Assembly (NCBI GenBank): GCA_964521095.1
Contig: CAZFPJ010000002.1
Coordinates: 85,108 to 149,107, forward strand
Origin: an uncultured Candidatus Saccharibacteria bacterium
GTDB lineage: Bacteria > Patescibacteriota > Saccharimonadia > Saccharimonadales > 2-12-FULL-41-12
Direction: 5' to 3'
DNA: 64,000 bases
Under the pieces are notes generated by a model. That model was given only the letters and a program-made list of their open reading frames with translations. It was not told the DNA's origin and did no database searches. Below, one piece after another: positions 36,288 through 45,483 of the stretch; positions within the stretch are counted from its first letter, which is position 1, and each line of letters opens with the position of its first letter. A program made the translations under genes and the position numbers.

Positions 36288-36599
36288 TTATTCCTGAAAA
36301 GGGTTGTCTCGGGCAGTTTTGAATAAAGACTGAACCTGAATGTTTTGGTCCTGGAGTTGAGTTATCTTGTTTACAGAGCCCTGATCTATTTTTAATCGAC
36401 CATTTTTATTAAGGCTTTCTTCTACGGCAGTTTGGTCTGGTCCTACATTGTTCAGGGCACCAACTTGCCAGACCAAATAACTGAACAAAGATAAATTAAG
36501 TATGATGAATATTATTACCTTATATCGGTTTAGAAATGTTTTAAGTTTGTCGACTAGGCCGGTAATGCTTCCCATTGAAAGGTTGATGTCTGGTCCCAT
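36288..36599 (-). CDS. hypothetical single-TM protein, last gene of the pilMNO operon
   Basis: 103-aa ORF starting 3 nt after the pilO stop, with one TM segment (IIFIILNLSLFSYLVW). Confidence 0.5.
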   Translation of the reverse strand: MGPDINLSMGSITGLVDKLKTFLNRYKVIIFIILNLSLFSYLVWQVGALNNVGPDQTAVEESLNKNGRLKIDQGSVNKITQLQDQNIQVQSLFKTARDNPFQE

Positions 36600-36601
36600 A
36601 A

Positions 36602-37243
36602 TTACGGTTTTACATAGGCGTTTAAAGTTATATTAAACACCAATCGTCCGCCTTTCTTCGGTGTTACAGATATTTTCTCAACATGAGCAGTACGACGATT
36701 TCCTTCAAGTTTGCTCAAAAAATCGATGAGTTGTGCATAGGTGATAGAGGTGGAGTCGGAGTTGGCAATAGTTATTTCCATGGCATAAACACCATTAACT
36801 CCAGTCACTGGTTTTACTTGGGTGATGTTTGGTGCTGTTGCAGTAGGCGTGTTCGCGCTATTGGCGCTGTCTGTCGCAGAGTTCTGAGCAGTAGCTTTCG
36901 CCGACTGCCCTAAGGTAGAAGATGAGAAGTTAATAGTCTGCAGACTGACCCCAGCATTCTTAGCAATAGAGTTTATCTCTCGAACTGTTTTTGCTTGATC
37001 TTTGTCTTGGGGCACAATTGCCTTGGTTAGCTTATTTAGATCAGCATATTTTTCGATATCTTTCTTGGCTTGTGATTGTGACATTTTTTGCTGTTCGGCA
37101 ATTTCTTGTTGAGAGCGGATATTTTTAAGATCAGTAGACTTTTTGGTTAGTTGTTTGAGTCCTAGAAATCCACATGCTCCTATGAGCAATAGAGTACAGA
37201 CAAACACGCCAGACATGATCATGAAAAAGCGTTTGTTTTTCAT
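36602..37243 (-). CDS. pilO: type IV pilus assembly protein PilO-like
   Basis: 213 aa: N-terminal TM, coiled region and C-terminal domain. Follows pilN with a 4-nt overlap. Confidence 0.6.
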   Translation of the reverse strand: MKNKRFFMIMSGVFVCTLLLIGACGFLGLKQLTKKSTDLKNIRSQQEIAEQQKMSQSQAKKDIEKYADLNKLTKAIVPQDKDQAKTVREINSIAKNAGVSLQTINFSSSTLGQSAKATAQNSATDSANSANTPTATAPNITQVKPVTGVNGVYAMEITIANSDSTSITYAQLIDFLSKLEGNRRTAHVEKISVTPKKGGRLVFNITLNAYVKP

Positions 37244-37857
37244 CTTTTTGGCTCCTCGCTAGAGGTTTTTGATATGTATGTGAACGGATTATTTTTTGAG
37301 AACAAAGCTTTGATTTGAATTGTACAAGGGTAAGCGCTATTAGTATCTTCTTCTGATCCAGCCGTACTGCAAGATATAGATTCTATGTCGGCTTTGTCGA
37401 ATATTTTATTTTGGGGATCTTGAAGGTTGAGCTGTAGTTGGGTAGCAGAGTCAACATCTTTGGCAGACCCCTTCAAGGAGAGGGCTCCTTGAAGCTTGTC
37501 TACCTGGAATCCTGTGAGAGTTGCGTTAACGGGTATAGATGACCCAAGCTGAGTCAGTAGTTTTGAAAACAATATTTCTTTTGATAGGACCTGAACAACT
37601 AGCTTGGTATTGTTGGACAGTTCTTCAACTTGCTTTTGGGTGTCTTCTATCTTGCGAGACTGAAGCTCGGCTTGTGTAGTTTCCGCGTTTTTGGTTTCTG
37701 CTTTCACACTTTGCCTTAATACAAAGTAACCCCCACCTATGATGCCCAGTGTTATGAGTAGAGAGATGCAAGAAGCGATAGTCCAGCGCACCATAGTGGT
37801 GTTGCGTCGTCCATATATAATCTCTTGTTTGCAGTCAGCAGGAAGGAGGTTGATCAT
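37240..37857 (-). CDS. pilN: type IV pilus assembly protein PilN
   Basis: MINLLP N-terminus, a single TM and a coiled region. 4-nt overlap with pilM. Confidence 0.7.
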   Translation of the reverse strand: MINLLPADCKQEIIYGRRNTTMVRWTIASCISLLITLGIIGGGYFVLRQSVKAETKNAETTQAELQSRKIEDTQKQVEELSNNTKLVVQVLSKEILFSKLLTQLGSSIPVNATLTGFQVDKLQGALSLKGSAKDVDSATQLQLNLQDPQNKIFDKADIESISCSTAGSEEDTNSAYPCTIQIKALFSKNNPFTYISKTSSEEPKR

Positions 37858-38936
37858 TTAAATATCTCCTTAGCGTTGACGAGTGATAGCCCAGAGGATG
37901 TTACATACATAGATTTTTCGGCGCCTTTTGGAGCTTTGAGTCGTCCCAGGTTAAAGGCTTGCCACGGATCGCTCATACGGACGGGTAGACGCAGGGAGTT
38001 GGTCAGGTAGTCGCTAAGCCCAGGCATATGTGCTCCGCCCCCCATGATTACTATTTGGCCAATTTCTTTATTTTTATTCGAGCGGTCTTCATAATATCTA
38101 ACCATTCTACGAATTTCTTTTATAAGTTTCTCAAGCTCTGGACTCAATGCTTCAGTGATTTCTTTCTGCTTTTTGCTTTTTCCGAGGCCGTATTTGGTTT
38201 TTATTACATAACCCTCTCCTGTAGTTACCCCAAGCTTCTTGGCAATTAGGCTCGTAAATATATCGCCTCCACAAGATGCAGTACTGGTTACTATAACGGT
38301 TTTATCGTGAATTGTTATGTCAGCCGACAGGGAACCAAAATCTATTAATACTGCCGGAATATCGGTGCTTAAATCTTGATAGTCAAACAGTCTGCCGGCT
38401 GCCCCAGTGCTGGTATCAAATGCGACTGCTTCAAGACCCAAGACATTTAGTAGGTCCATGTGGCTATCTATAATTTTTTTTGGGGCACCAACGGCTAGTA
38501 TTTCTACGCTACCTTTATTTTTGCCGATAACAGAGTAGTCTACATATAGCTCTTCTAGTGACATAGGTATGTATTGCTGTAGTTCCGAGAGAACGGCCTC
38601 GTCCAGTTCTTTACTCGATAGAGACGGCAAGGTCATTGTTTTTGCAAAAGTGTGGGCAGCGGGCACAGAGGCAACTACTCTACGAGTAGTAATATGACCC
38701 TCTAGCCCGTCTTTAAATAATTGCTTAATCGATTTTGCAATGCTTTCGACATCGATGATTACGCCATCTTTGATAGCCTTGCTGTCAAAGCGAACAACTC
38801 CATATCCAATGATTGAGCGCTTTTTTTTGCCGGGGGAGTTCTCGACCTGCATAACTTTGACCGTATTGAACCCAACATCCAGTCCGAAGACGGGCTTGTC
38901 TTTAAACAGTAGTGATGAGTTTTGTGTTCCACCCAT
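37854..38936 (-). CDS. pilM: type IV pilus assembly ATPase-fold protein PilM
   Basis: 360 aa with an actin-like fold (FGLDVGFNTVKV, LIDFGSLSADITI, IVIMGGGA). Confidence 0.85.
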   Translation of the reverse strand: MGGTQNSSLLFKDKPVFGLDVGFNTVKVMQVENSPGKKKRSIIGYGVVRFDSKAIKDGVIIDVESIAKSIKQLFKDGLEGHITTRRVVASVPAAHTFAKTMTLPSLSSKELDEAVLSELQQYIPMSLEELYVDYSVIGKNKGSVEILAVGAPKKIIDSHMDLLNVLGLEAVAFDTSTGAAGRLFDYQDLSTDIPAVLIDFGSLSADITIHDKTVIVTSTASCGGDIFTSLIAKKLGVTTGEGYVIKTKYGLGKSKKQKEITEALSPELEKLIKEIRRMVRYYEDRSNKNKEIGQIVIMGGGAHMPGLSDYLTNSLRLPVRMSDPWQAFNLGRLKAPKGAEKSMYVTSSGLSLVNAKEIFK

Positions 38937-39007
38937 AGTTATCAGTATAAATTATAGCAGATACGCTAGTGGTTAGTTTGGTTTATATAGTATTTTCTCA
39001 GGTAATT

Positions 39008-39031
39008 ATAAAACCCCGGTTTTACGCGGGG
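39008..39031 (-). terminator. intrinsic terminator after pilA
   Basis: Minus strand: CCCCG-8 nt-CGGGG followed by TTTTAT, 35 nt after the pilin stop. Confidence 0.5.
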
Positions 39032-39065
39032 CTTTATCTGCAAGTCTAGCCTAGGTGTTAAGAGA

Positions 39066-39515
39066 CTAGTTAAGTGCGTTTTTGGCGAAGGTGCCACCAC
39101 CTTCAAGAGTAGCGGTTAGTGCGTAACCGGTACACTCATTACCAGAGGTGTTGTCGCAGTTAGCAGGTGTAACAGCGTAAGCATACTGATTATTACCAGC
39201 TGCCGCTGTTATGTTGTTGCCGGCTCCGCCTTTAGGGTCATGTGCCGACTCCGTGTCGAGCCCCTTTAGGTTGCCAGAAACCCAGGCGTTGTCTTGCATG
39301 TTTGCAAGTGTTGGGTAGTTACCTTTTTGTGCGTAGTAGGCTTCAACTTGGCCATGTAACGCTTTAATGTCTGTTTGTCGTTCAGTGTCTCGCGCTTTCT
39401 TTTGCACGCCACTAAATGTAGTAATCACCAAAGCGGCCAAAATACCGATTACGACGATTACAATTAAGAGTTCCACAATGGTGAAACCGCTTTCTTTACG
39501 CTGTAGTGAGATCAT
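39066..39515 (-). CDS. pilA: type IV pilin (prepilin with N-terminal cleavage/methylation motif)
   Basis: Leader MISLQRKESG followed by FTIVELLIVIVVIGILAA (G/F cleavage site, Glu5). Confidence 0.9.
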   Translation of the reverse strand: MISLQRKESGFTIVELLIVIVVIGILAALVITTFSGVQKKARDTERQTDIKALHGQVEAYYAQKGNYPTLANMQDNAWVSGNLKGLDTESAHDPKGGAGNNITAAAGNNQYAYAVTPANCDNTSGNECTGYALTATLEGGGTFAKNALN

Positions 39516-39650
39516 AAGGACCCACCCTCCTTGTTATAACTTATTTTATTTTGATGATCTTATACGCTAAAAAAAGCAGATAAGTATCTAGGAGAGATTA
39601 TTAAGCATTAGAGTCATAAAAGCAAGTACTTTTCTTTACTATTTATCAGA

Positions 39651-40877
39651 CTAGTTGGTGCCCACATTCTGGCTAAGAGATGCGATAGGGCCCATAACGC
39701 TAGCTGCTATCATGCCAACCATGCTTCCAAGCACCAAGATCATAATGGGTTCTATGAGCGAGCTAATACCGTCTATGACAGTATCTACCTCTTCTTCGTA
39801 AAAATCCGCCACCTTTAGCAAGATTGTATCTATCTGTCCTGTTTCTTCGCCAATTGCTAACATCTGGCTGACTATAGCGGGAAAATGGGCGCTTTTAGAA
39901 AGAGGTTCGGATAATTGCTTACCCGCCTTAACATCACGGGCGGCGTTGGTCAGCTCTTCTTCTATAACTTTGTTACCTATGGCACCTCCAGTGACTTCCA
40001 GGGCGTCTAAAACCCCAACTCCAGAGGACATTAGCGAAGCGAATGTCCTCGAAAAGCGAGCGATGGCTATTTTTACGAGAATCCCATTAAGTACCGGTAT
40101 GCGTAGGAGTAATTTGTGCAGGGCGTATTTGCCCTTTGGAGTGCGAACATAGCGTCGGAGTAGGGTGACAATTATAAAGCCTACAATAAAGATGAATATA
40201 AAATACTTTCGCGTAAAGTCGCTGAGGCTAAGCATGGCTTGCGTATAAACAGGTAGCTGTGCATCTGGCCCCCCTAGATCTTTTAGTATGTTGCCTAGTT
40301 TAGGCATTATGAATAGCATGATTCCAAAAAAAGCCACTACTGTTATGCTGAGTATAACCACGGGGTAGGCCATAGCGCTTTTGATTTTTTTGCGAATGGT
40401 GGCATCTTTTTCTACCTGGGCAGCGACTCTTTTTAGTATTTCGTCCAAGATACCGCCAGCTTCACCGGCTCTAACCATATTGACATAAACTTCACTAAAG
40501 ATATTTGGGTATTTTGCCAAAGAATCGGCTAAAGTCATGCCTCCTTCTATATCTTTTGTAATATTGCCTACCACAGAATTAAAGTATTTGTTCTCTGTTT
40601 GCGTCTGCAGGGTGGCTAGCGAACGAGTCAGGGGCACCCCGGCACTTATCATGGTCGATAACTGTCGAGTAAAAACTACAAGGTCTTTCAGTTTGACCTT
40701 CTTGCCACCTAGTTTCAGGAGGCTTTTAAGTCCACTAGCGCCAGACGCTTCTTTAACTAACAGCGGATGGATGCCTTGGTGAGATAGGGTGGACAGCGCG
40801 CCCTCTTTTGATGAGGCCTCGATTGTGCCTGTTATGGTTTTGCCTTGTTTGGTAGCTGTGTATGTGAATTTTGTCAT
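39651..40877 (-). CDS. pilC: type IV pilus platform protein PilC (GspF family)
   Basis: 408 aa with two T2SS-F repeats and 3 TM segments. Confidence 0.9.
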   Translation of the reverse strand: MTKFTYTATKQGKTITGTIEASSKEGALSTLSHQGIHPLLVKEASGASGLKSLLKLGGKKVKLKDLVVFTRQLSTMISAGVPLTRSLATLQTQTENKYFNSVVGNITKDIEGGMTLADSLAKYPNIFSEVYVNMVRAGEAGGILDEILKRVAAQVEKDATIRKKIKSAMAYPVVILSITVVAFFGIMLFIMPKLGNILKDLGGPDAQLPVYTQAMLSLSDFTRKYFIFIFIVGFIIVTLLRRYVRTPKGKYALHKLLLRIPVLNGILVKIAIARFSRTFASLMSSGVGVLDALEVTGGAIGNKVIEEELTNAARDVKAGKQLSEPLSKSAHFPAIVSQMLAIGEETGQIDTILLKVADFYEEEVDTVIDGISSLIEPIMILVLGSMVGMIAASVMGPIASLSQNVGTN

Positions 40878-40881
40878 ATAT

Positions 40882-42696
40882 TTAATCCTCGGAAGTTACC
40901 CGAAGTATTTCTTCTATGCTTGTTTGTCCGCGGAGAGCTTTAATGAATCCGTCTAGTTGCATAGTAACCATGCCCTCTTTTATAGCTTGATCCTGGATTG
41001 ATTCGCTGGTGCCATTAGATACAATAAGTTTTTGGATTTCTGTAGTGTTATCTAGGACTTCATATATGCCAACGCGCCCTTTATAGCCGGTATGGTTGCA
41101 AGAACTACACCCTTGGTCGTGCGCTTTGAACAGGCGTTCGATTTTGGAGCTAGTAGTCGACAGGCTGTCGGTTTTTGCGCTTGATTTCCCGGAATTTGCT
41201 TTTCCTATACCTCCTTCTAGGGCTGATTTTTCTAGACTATGTATATATTTCATAGTCTCTGATTTGCTGACTTCAAAGATAGAGTCTAGCTGTTTTAGAG
41301 TGGCTTGGTCTGGAATGAATTCTTCGCGACAATCGACACATAGTTTGCGGACCAGTCGTTGCCCAACAATTGCTCTAACAGTACTGGCTATCAGGAATGG
41401 TTCGATGTTCATGTCTAGTAAGCGGGGCAAGCAAGTCGCTGCATTGTTTGTGTGCAGGGTTGCAAACACTAAGTGCCCAGTTAGGGCCGCTTGTACGCCG
41501 AGTCCTGCCGTTTCGGTGTCGCGAATCTCACCCACCATAATGATGTTTGGGTCTTGTCGCAGGAGGGCCCGAAGCCCTGCCACAAAGGTCATGCCAGCTT
41601 GCGGGTTTACCTGGGTCTGGTTGGCTCCGGGTATTTTATATTCCACAGGGTCTTCTATAGTAGAGATATTTACAGATGGTTGGTTTAGCAGGCTCAAGAT
41701 GCTAAATAGGCTAGTAGATTTACCCGATCCAGTTGGTCCAGTAACTAGTATCATGCCGTGAGGCTGAACAATGGCATTATTAACAGTCTTTAATGCGGAG
41801 CCCCAATAACCCAGATCTTCCAGAGATAATGCTTTGCTAGACTCGTTCAAAATACGCATCACGACTTTTTCGCCATCCGTTATGGGTAGTGTTGATACAC
41901 GAAGAGCATAGACCCCGCTACCAACTTGTATTTTGAATCTGCCGTCCTGGGGAGCTCTTCTTTCGTCAATCTTTAGATTGCTTAAAATTTTTATACGACT
42001 TACTAGTGCTCCATGAACTTTTTTCGGCAACTTATTGGCCTCTTTCAGGATGCCGTCAATTCTATAACGAATGCTTACATAGCTCTCTCTTGGCTCAATA
42101 TGTACATCGCTAGCTCCAGACTTTATAGCATATTCAATCACTAGATTGACTGTTTGAGCGATAGGCGAATCTTCGGCCAAGTCTTCTTCTGCAACCTGAC
42201 TATCTTCCTCAAAGCCATCAGTCTCTTCTGGGGTTAGTACTTTTGTGAGCTCGGTAGAAACATTACCACGATATTGGTCTAGTGCTCCTGCGATAGCCGA
42301 TTCACAGGCGACATAGACTTTCAGGTCGGTGCCGAGCTCTTTCTGCAAGAAGTTTATAGCCTGTATATCGTCAGGATCCTCCATGGCGAGTAGCTTGGAT
42401 TCGTCATCTTCAACACCAAAAATAACTACTTTGTATTGCTTGGCAATCCTCTCTGGTATAAGGAGTAGGTTCTCTCGCTTGATCTCTTTTGGATTCAGGT
42501 CAACAAAAGGTATGTCAATCTCTTCTGCGTAGAGTTTTGTGAGATCCTTTTCGCTCAAGATATTATTTTTGACCACTAACTCCTGCATGGATTCCTTAGA
42601 GGTCTTGGCCTGCTCTCGCAAGGTCTCTAGTTGTTCGTTATTGGTTTTTTTGTTGGCACGGAGAAGCTTCTCCACCAAACTGTCCGATATGCGCAT
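40882..42696 (-). CDS. pilB: type IV pilus assembly ATPase PilB (GspE family)
   Basis: N-terminal T2SSE_N-like domain, Walker A GPTGSGKST, Asp/His boxes, tetracysteine motif (CVDC...CSSC). Confidence 0.92.
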   Translation of the reverse strand: MRISDSLVEKLLRANKKTNNEQLETLREQAKTSKESMQELVVKNNILSEKDLTKLYAEEIDIPFVDLNPKEIKRENLLLIPERIAKQYKVVIFGVEDDESKLLAMEDPDDIQAINFLQKELGTDLKVYVACESAIAGALDQYRGNVSTELTKVLTPEETDGFEEDSQVAEEDLAEDSPIAQTVNLVIEYAIKSGASDVHIEPRESYVSIRYRIDGILKEANKLPKKVHGALVSRIKILSNLKIDERRAPQDGRFKIQVGSGVYALRVSTLPITDGEKVVMRILNESSKALSLEDLGYWGSALKTVNNAIVQPHGMILVTGPTGSGKSTSLFSILSLLNQPSVNISTIEDPVEYKIPGANQTQVNPQAGMTFVAGLRALLRQDPNIIMVGEIRDTETAGLGVQAALTGHLVFATLHTNNAATCLPRLLDMNIEPFLIASTVRAIVGQRLVRKLCVDCREEFIPDQATLKQLDSIFEVSKSETMKYIHSLEKSALEGGIGKANSGKSSAKTDSLSTTSSKIERLFKAHDQGCSSCNHTGYKGRVGIYEVLDNTTEIQKLIVSNGTSESIQDQAIKEGMVTMQLDGFIKALRGQTSIEEILRVTSED

Positions 42697-42757
42697 AATC
42701 TATAGATGTTAGTATACTAACAATTAAGCATAAGAACTAGGATTATAGTTTTGGCCC

Positions 42758-42772
42758 ATAGCACAGTGCTAT
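42758..42772. promoter_or_regulatory. perfect palindrome overlapping the recA -10 region (candidate operator)
   Basis: ATAGCAC-A-GTGCTAT. It overlaps TATAAT at 42770-42775, ~45 nt upstream of the recA ATG. Confidence 0.4.
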
Positions 42773-42818
42773 AATAGGTACTAGTGGTAGGGAAAACTAA
42801 AAGCAGTCTGGAGGGGTA

Positions 42819-43826
42819 ATGGCTGACAAAAAAACAAGTGAAGATAGTGGCAAAAAACAAGCATTAGGTTTGGCGCTAGATACTATAGAAAAACAATTTG
42901 GCAAGGGATCTATCATGAAGCTAGGCGATGCTCACAAAACTACGGTCGAGACTATTCCGACCGGCAGTATTAGCCTCGACATAGCGCTAGGTGGGGGTAT
43001 TCCAAAGGGGAGAATCGTCGAAATATACGGTCCGGAAAGTTCTGGTAAAACTACGCTAACTCTTCATGCTATCGCCGAGATTCAAAAGTCTGGTGGTACG
43101 GCTGCATTTATTGACGCAGAGCATGCTCTAGACCCAGCATATGCCAAACGACTTGGCGTAGATGTCGAAAACCTTTTGATATCGCAACCAGATAACGGTG
43201 AACAGGCCCTAGAAATCACAGAGACATTAGTGCGGAGCAGTGCCGTTGATTTAATTGTGGTTGATTCGGTTGCAGCGCTCGTCCCTCGTGCGGAGATTGA
43301 GGGCGATATGGGCGACAGCCATATGGGTTTGCAGGCCAGGTTAATGAGTCAGGCTCTTCGTAAGCTTACTGGCATAATTAATCGCTCTAATACAACAGTA
43401 ATATTTATTAACCAAATTCGTATGAAGATTGGTGTAATGTTTGGTAACCCAGAAACCACAACTGGTGGTAATGCGCTCAAATTTTATTCGTCAGTGCGTA
43501 TGGATATTCGCCGAATTTCCCAGATCAAACAAGGCGATGAGATTATTGGCAATCGAACTCGAGTAAAGGTAGTTAAGAACAAAATTGCTCCGCCGTTTAG
43601 GCAAGCAGAGTTTGACATCATGTACAACCAAGGCATCTCTGCTAGTGGCGATGTGCTTGATCTTGCTGTAGAGCGAGGAATCATAGACAAGAGCGGTGCT
43701 TGGTTCGCGTACAATGACGCCAAGATTGCTCAGGGCCGAGAATCTGCCAAAAAATACCTACAAGATAATCCAAAAATTTTGACTGAAGTCGCCAAAAAAG
43801 TAAAAGAAGCCTCTGCCAAAGAGTAA
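42819..43826 (+). CDS. recA: recombinase RecA
   Basis: [18 protein letters not shown] and the L1/L2 loop regions are conserved. Confidence 0.98.
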   Translation: MADKKTSEDSGKKQALGLALDTIEKQFGKGSIMKLGDAHKTTVETIPTGSISLDIALGGGIPKGRIVEIYGPESSGKTTLTLHAIAEIQKSGGTAAFIDAEHALDPAYAKRLGVDVENLLISQPDNGEQALEITETLVRSSAVDLIVVDSVAALVPRAEIEGDMGDSHMGLQARLMSQALRKLTGIINRSNTTVIFINQIRMKIGVMFGNPETTTGGNALKFYSSVRMDIRRISQIKQGDEIIGNRTRVKVVKNKIAPPFRQAEFDIMYNQGISASGDVLDLAVERGIIDKSGAWFAYNDAKIAQGRESAKKYLQDNPKILTEVAKKVKEASAKE

Positions 43827-43838
43827 GTAAGGGTTTAA

Positions 43839-44294
43839 ATGACGGCGACGAATCATGCACTTTCGGGCGCTCTCATTGGGCTGGCAGTGATGCAACCGAT
43901 CCTAGCGTTACCACTGGCTTTTGTCTCACATTTTATGCTCGATGCCGTCCCTCATTTTGGTTTTGATGAGCATGGAGGGCATCTTAAAAATAAAAAGACC
44001 TTTCATAAGGTTTTGTATGTTGATGCGTTGTTTTTAGTAGTAATTTTTGTAGGATTATTTGCTTTGAATGCTCCGCTTTTAGCTTTTGTATGTGCGGTAG
44101 TTGCTGGATCGCCAGATTTAATTTGGGCGTATCGCTATGTGTTCAAAGAAAAATTTGGCACGGTGACAGCACCTCCAAAGAATATATTTAATCGTTTCCA
44201 TTCTCGCATTCAGACTTCACAGACCTTTAGAGGGCTGTATATCGAAGTGCCTTTGGCTTTGATATTTCTTTCGTTAATTATTCAAAAAATATGA
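43839..44294 (+). CDS. membrane protein, YdjM-like (LexA-regulon inner-membrane putative hydrolase family)
   Basis: 151 aa, about 4 TM, with H..LDAVPH and SPDL motifs. Sits between recA and recX, with an ATGA overlap onto recX. Confidence 0.4.
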   Translation: MTATNHALSGALIGLAVMQPILALPLAFVSHFMLDAVPHFGFDEHGGHLKNKKTFHKVLYVDALFLVVIFVGLFALNAPLLAFVCAVVAGSPDLIWAYRYVFKEKFGTVTAPPKNIFNRFHSRIQTSQTFRGLYIEVPLALIFLSLIIQKI

Positions 44295-44887
44295 AGATTA
44301 CAGATATAAAACAACAAGTTAAGCGAAGCGATCGTTATTCGATTTACGGCGACGATAAATATATTTTTTCACTGAGCGAAAGCGAATTATTAAATTTGGG
44401 GCTTAAAATAGGACAAGATTTCTCTGCAAAAGAACTGGAAAAATTAAAAGACACAGCCGTTTTAGACAAGGCGTTTGATCGTTGTCTAAACTTGATCTCT
44501 AGGCGTCGTCGTAGCCAATGGGAAATCGAGCAATATTTAAAACAAAAGAGCTACGAATTAGAAATCATAGAAAAAACCATAGAACATCTAGGTACAAGAG
44601 GATACATTAATGACGCTTTGTTTGCGGAAGCTTGGATAAATAATCGCCGACTCCTTAAAAATACTAGCAAGCGTCGCTTGCAACAGGAGCTTCGAGCCAA
44701 GCGAGTACCCGATGAAATTATTCAGCAAGCTCTAGAAAATGACGAAGCCGACGAGCAAGAAGTGCTAAGAGAGTTAATAGCTAAAAAACGCACCCAAACC
44801 AGATATCGGGACGACCAAAAACTTATAGCATACCTAGTTCGTCAGGGGTACAACTATTCGGATATAAAACAACTTTTACGAGGCTAG
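44291..44887 (+). CDS. recX: RecA regulator RecX
   Basis: 198 aa with the three-repeat helical pattern (..CLNLISRRRRSQWEIEQYL.., ..INDALFAEAWI..). Downstream of recA. Confidence 0.85.
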   Translation: MKITDIKQQVKRSDRYSIYGDDKYIFSLSESELLNLGLKIGQDFSAKELEKLKDTAVLDKAFDRCLNLISRRRRSQWEIEQYLKQKSYELEIIEKTIEHLGTRGYINDALFAEAWINNRRLLKNTSKRRLQQELRAKRVPDEIIQQALENDEADEQEVLRELIAKKRTQTRYRDDQKLIAYLVRQGYNYSDIKQLLRG

Positions 44888-45400
44888 ACTAGGAGCAGGA
44901 ACGCCACCTTTAATAGGTTGTGCCGAATCATCTACAATTATCTTTTTATTGGTAATCTCGACGATCTGAGTTCGGTCGATACTAAGCGTGCCACCTGCAA
45001 AATTCTTAACTATAGATTGTGATGCATAGATTTTTTTTACAAAAAGACTCTGTGTCTCTACAGCAAAGTCAGTGATCTTACCAAGTTTCTTGCCACTTTC
45101 TGTTACCACAATTTTACCTAGTAGCTCAAACTGAAGTTCTATAATTGGCTGGAGCCTCACAAGGTCAGATTCGGGGCTCAGCACCTCATGGTCGTTAACA
45201 ACGATACCTTTATCTATAACCTCTCGGACATCACCAGACACTAGCATTAGCTGGGAATTGTCATGGCTGTCTGTAACCTTCCACCCTTCGATTTTTAGAT
45301 TGTTTGGATTAAAAATAATCTTATTAGCCGTAGCTATAGGTCTGCCGGTTCGCAGAGATAGTACGGGCACATTAGTAAAAGTCGGACTGAGTTTTAGCAT
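44876..45400 (-). CDS. PRC-barrel-like domain protein
   Basis: 174 aa with two repeats of a G..IG.V.D...D pattern. The assignment is weak. Confidence 0.4.
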   Translation of the reverse strand: MLKLSPTFTNVPVLSLRTGRPIATANKIIFNPNNLKIEGWKVTDSHDNSQLMLVSGDVREVIDKGIVVNDHEVLSPESDLVRLQPIIELQFELLGKIVVTESGKKLGKITDFAVETQSLFVKKIYASQSIVKNFAGGTLSIDRTQIVEITNKKIIVDDSAQPIKGGVPAPSLAS

Positions 45401-45483
45401 TATGCTAGTTATTATAGCAACATTAATAAAACGCTTGTGTTTTCAGATATTTCTCAGCTACAATCAGATACCAAAGGCTGTTC

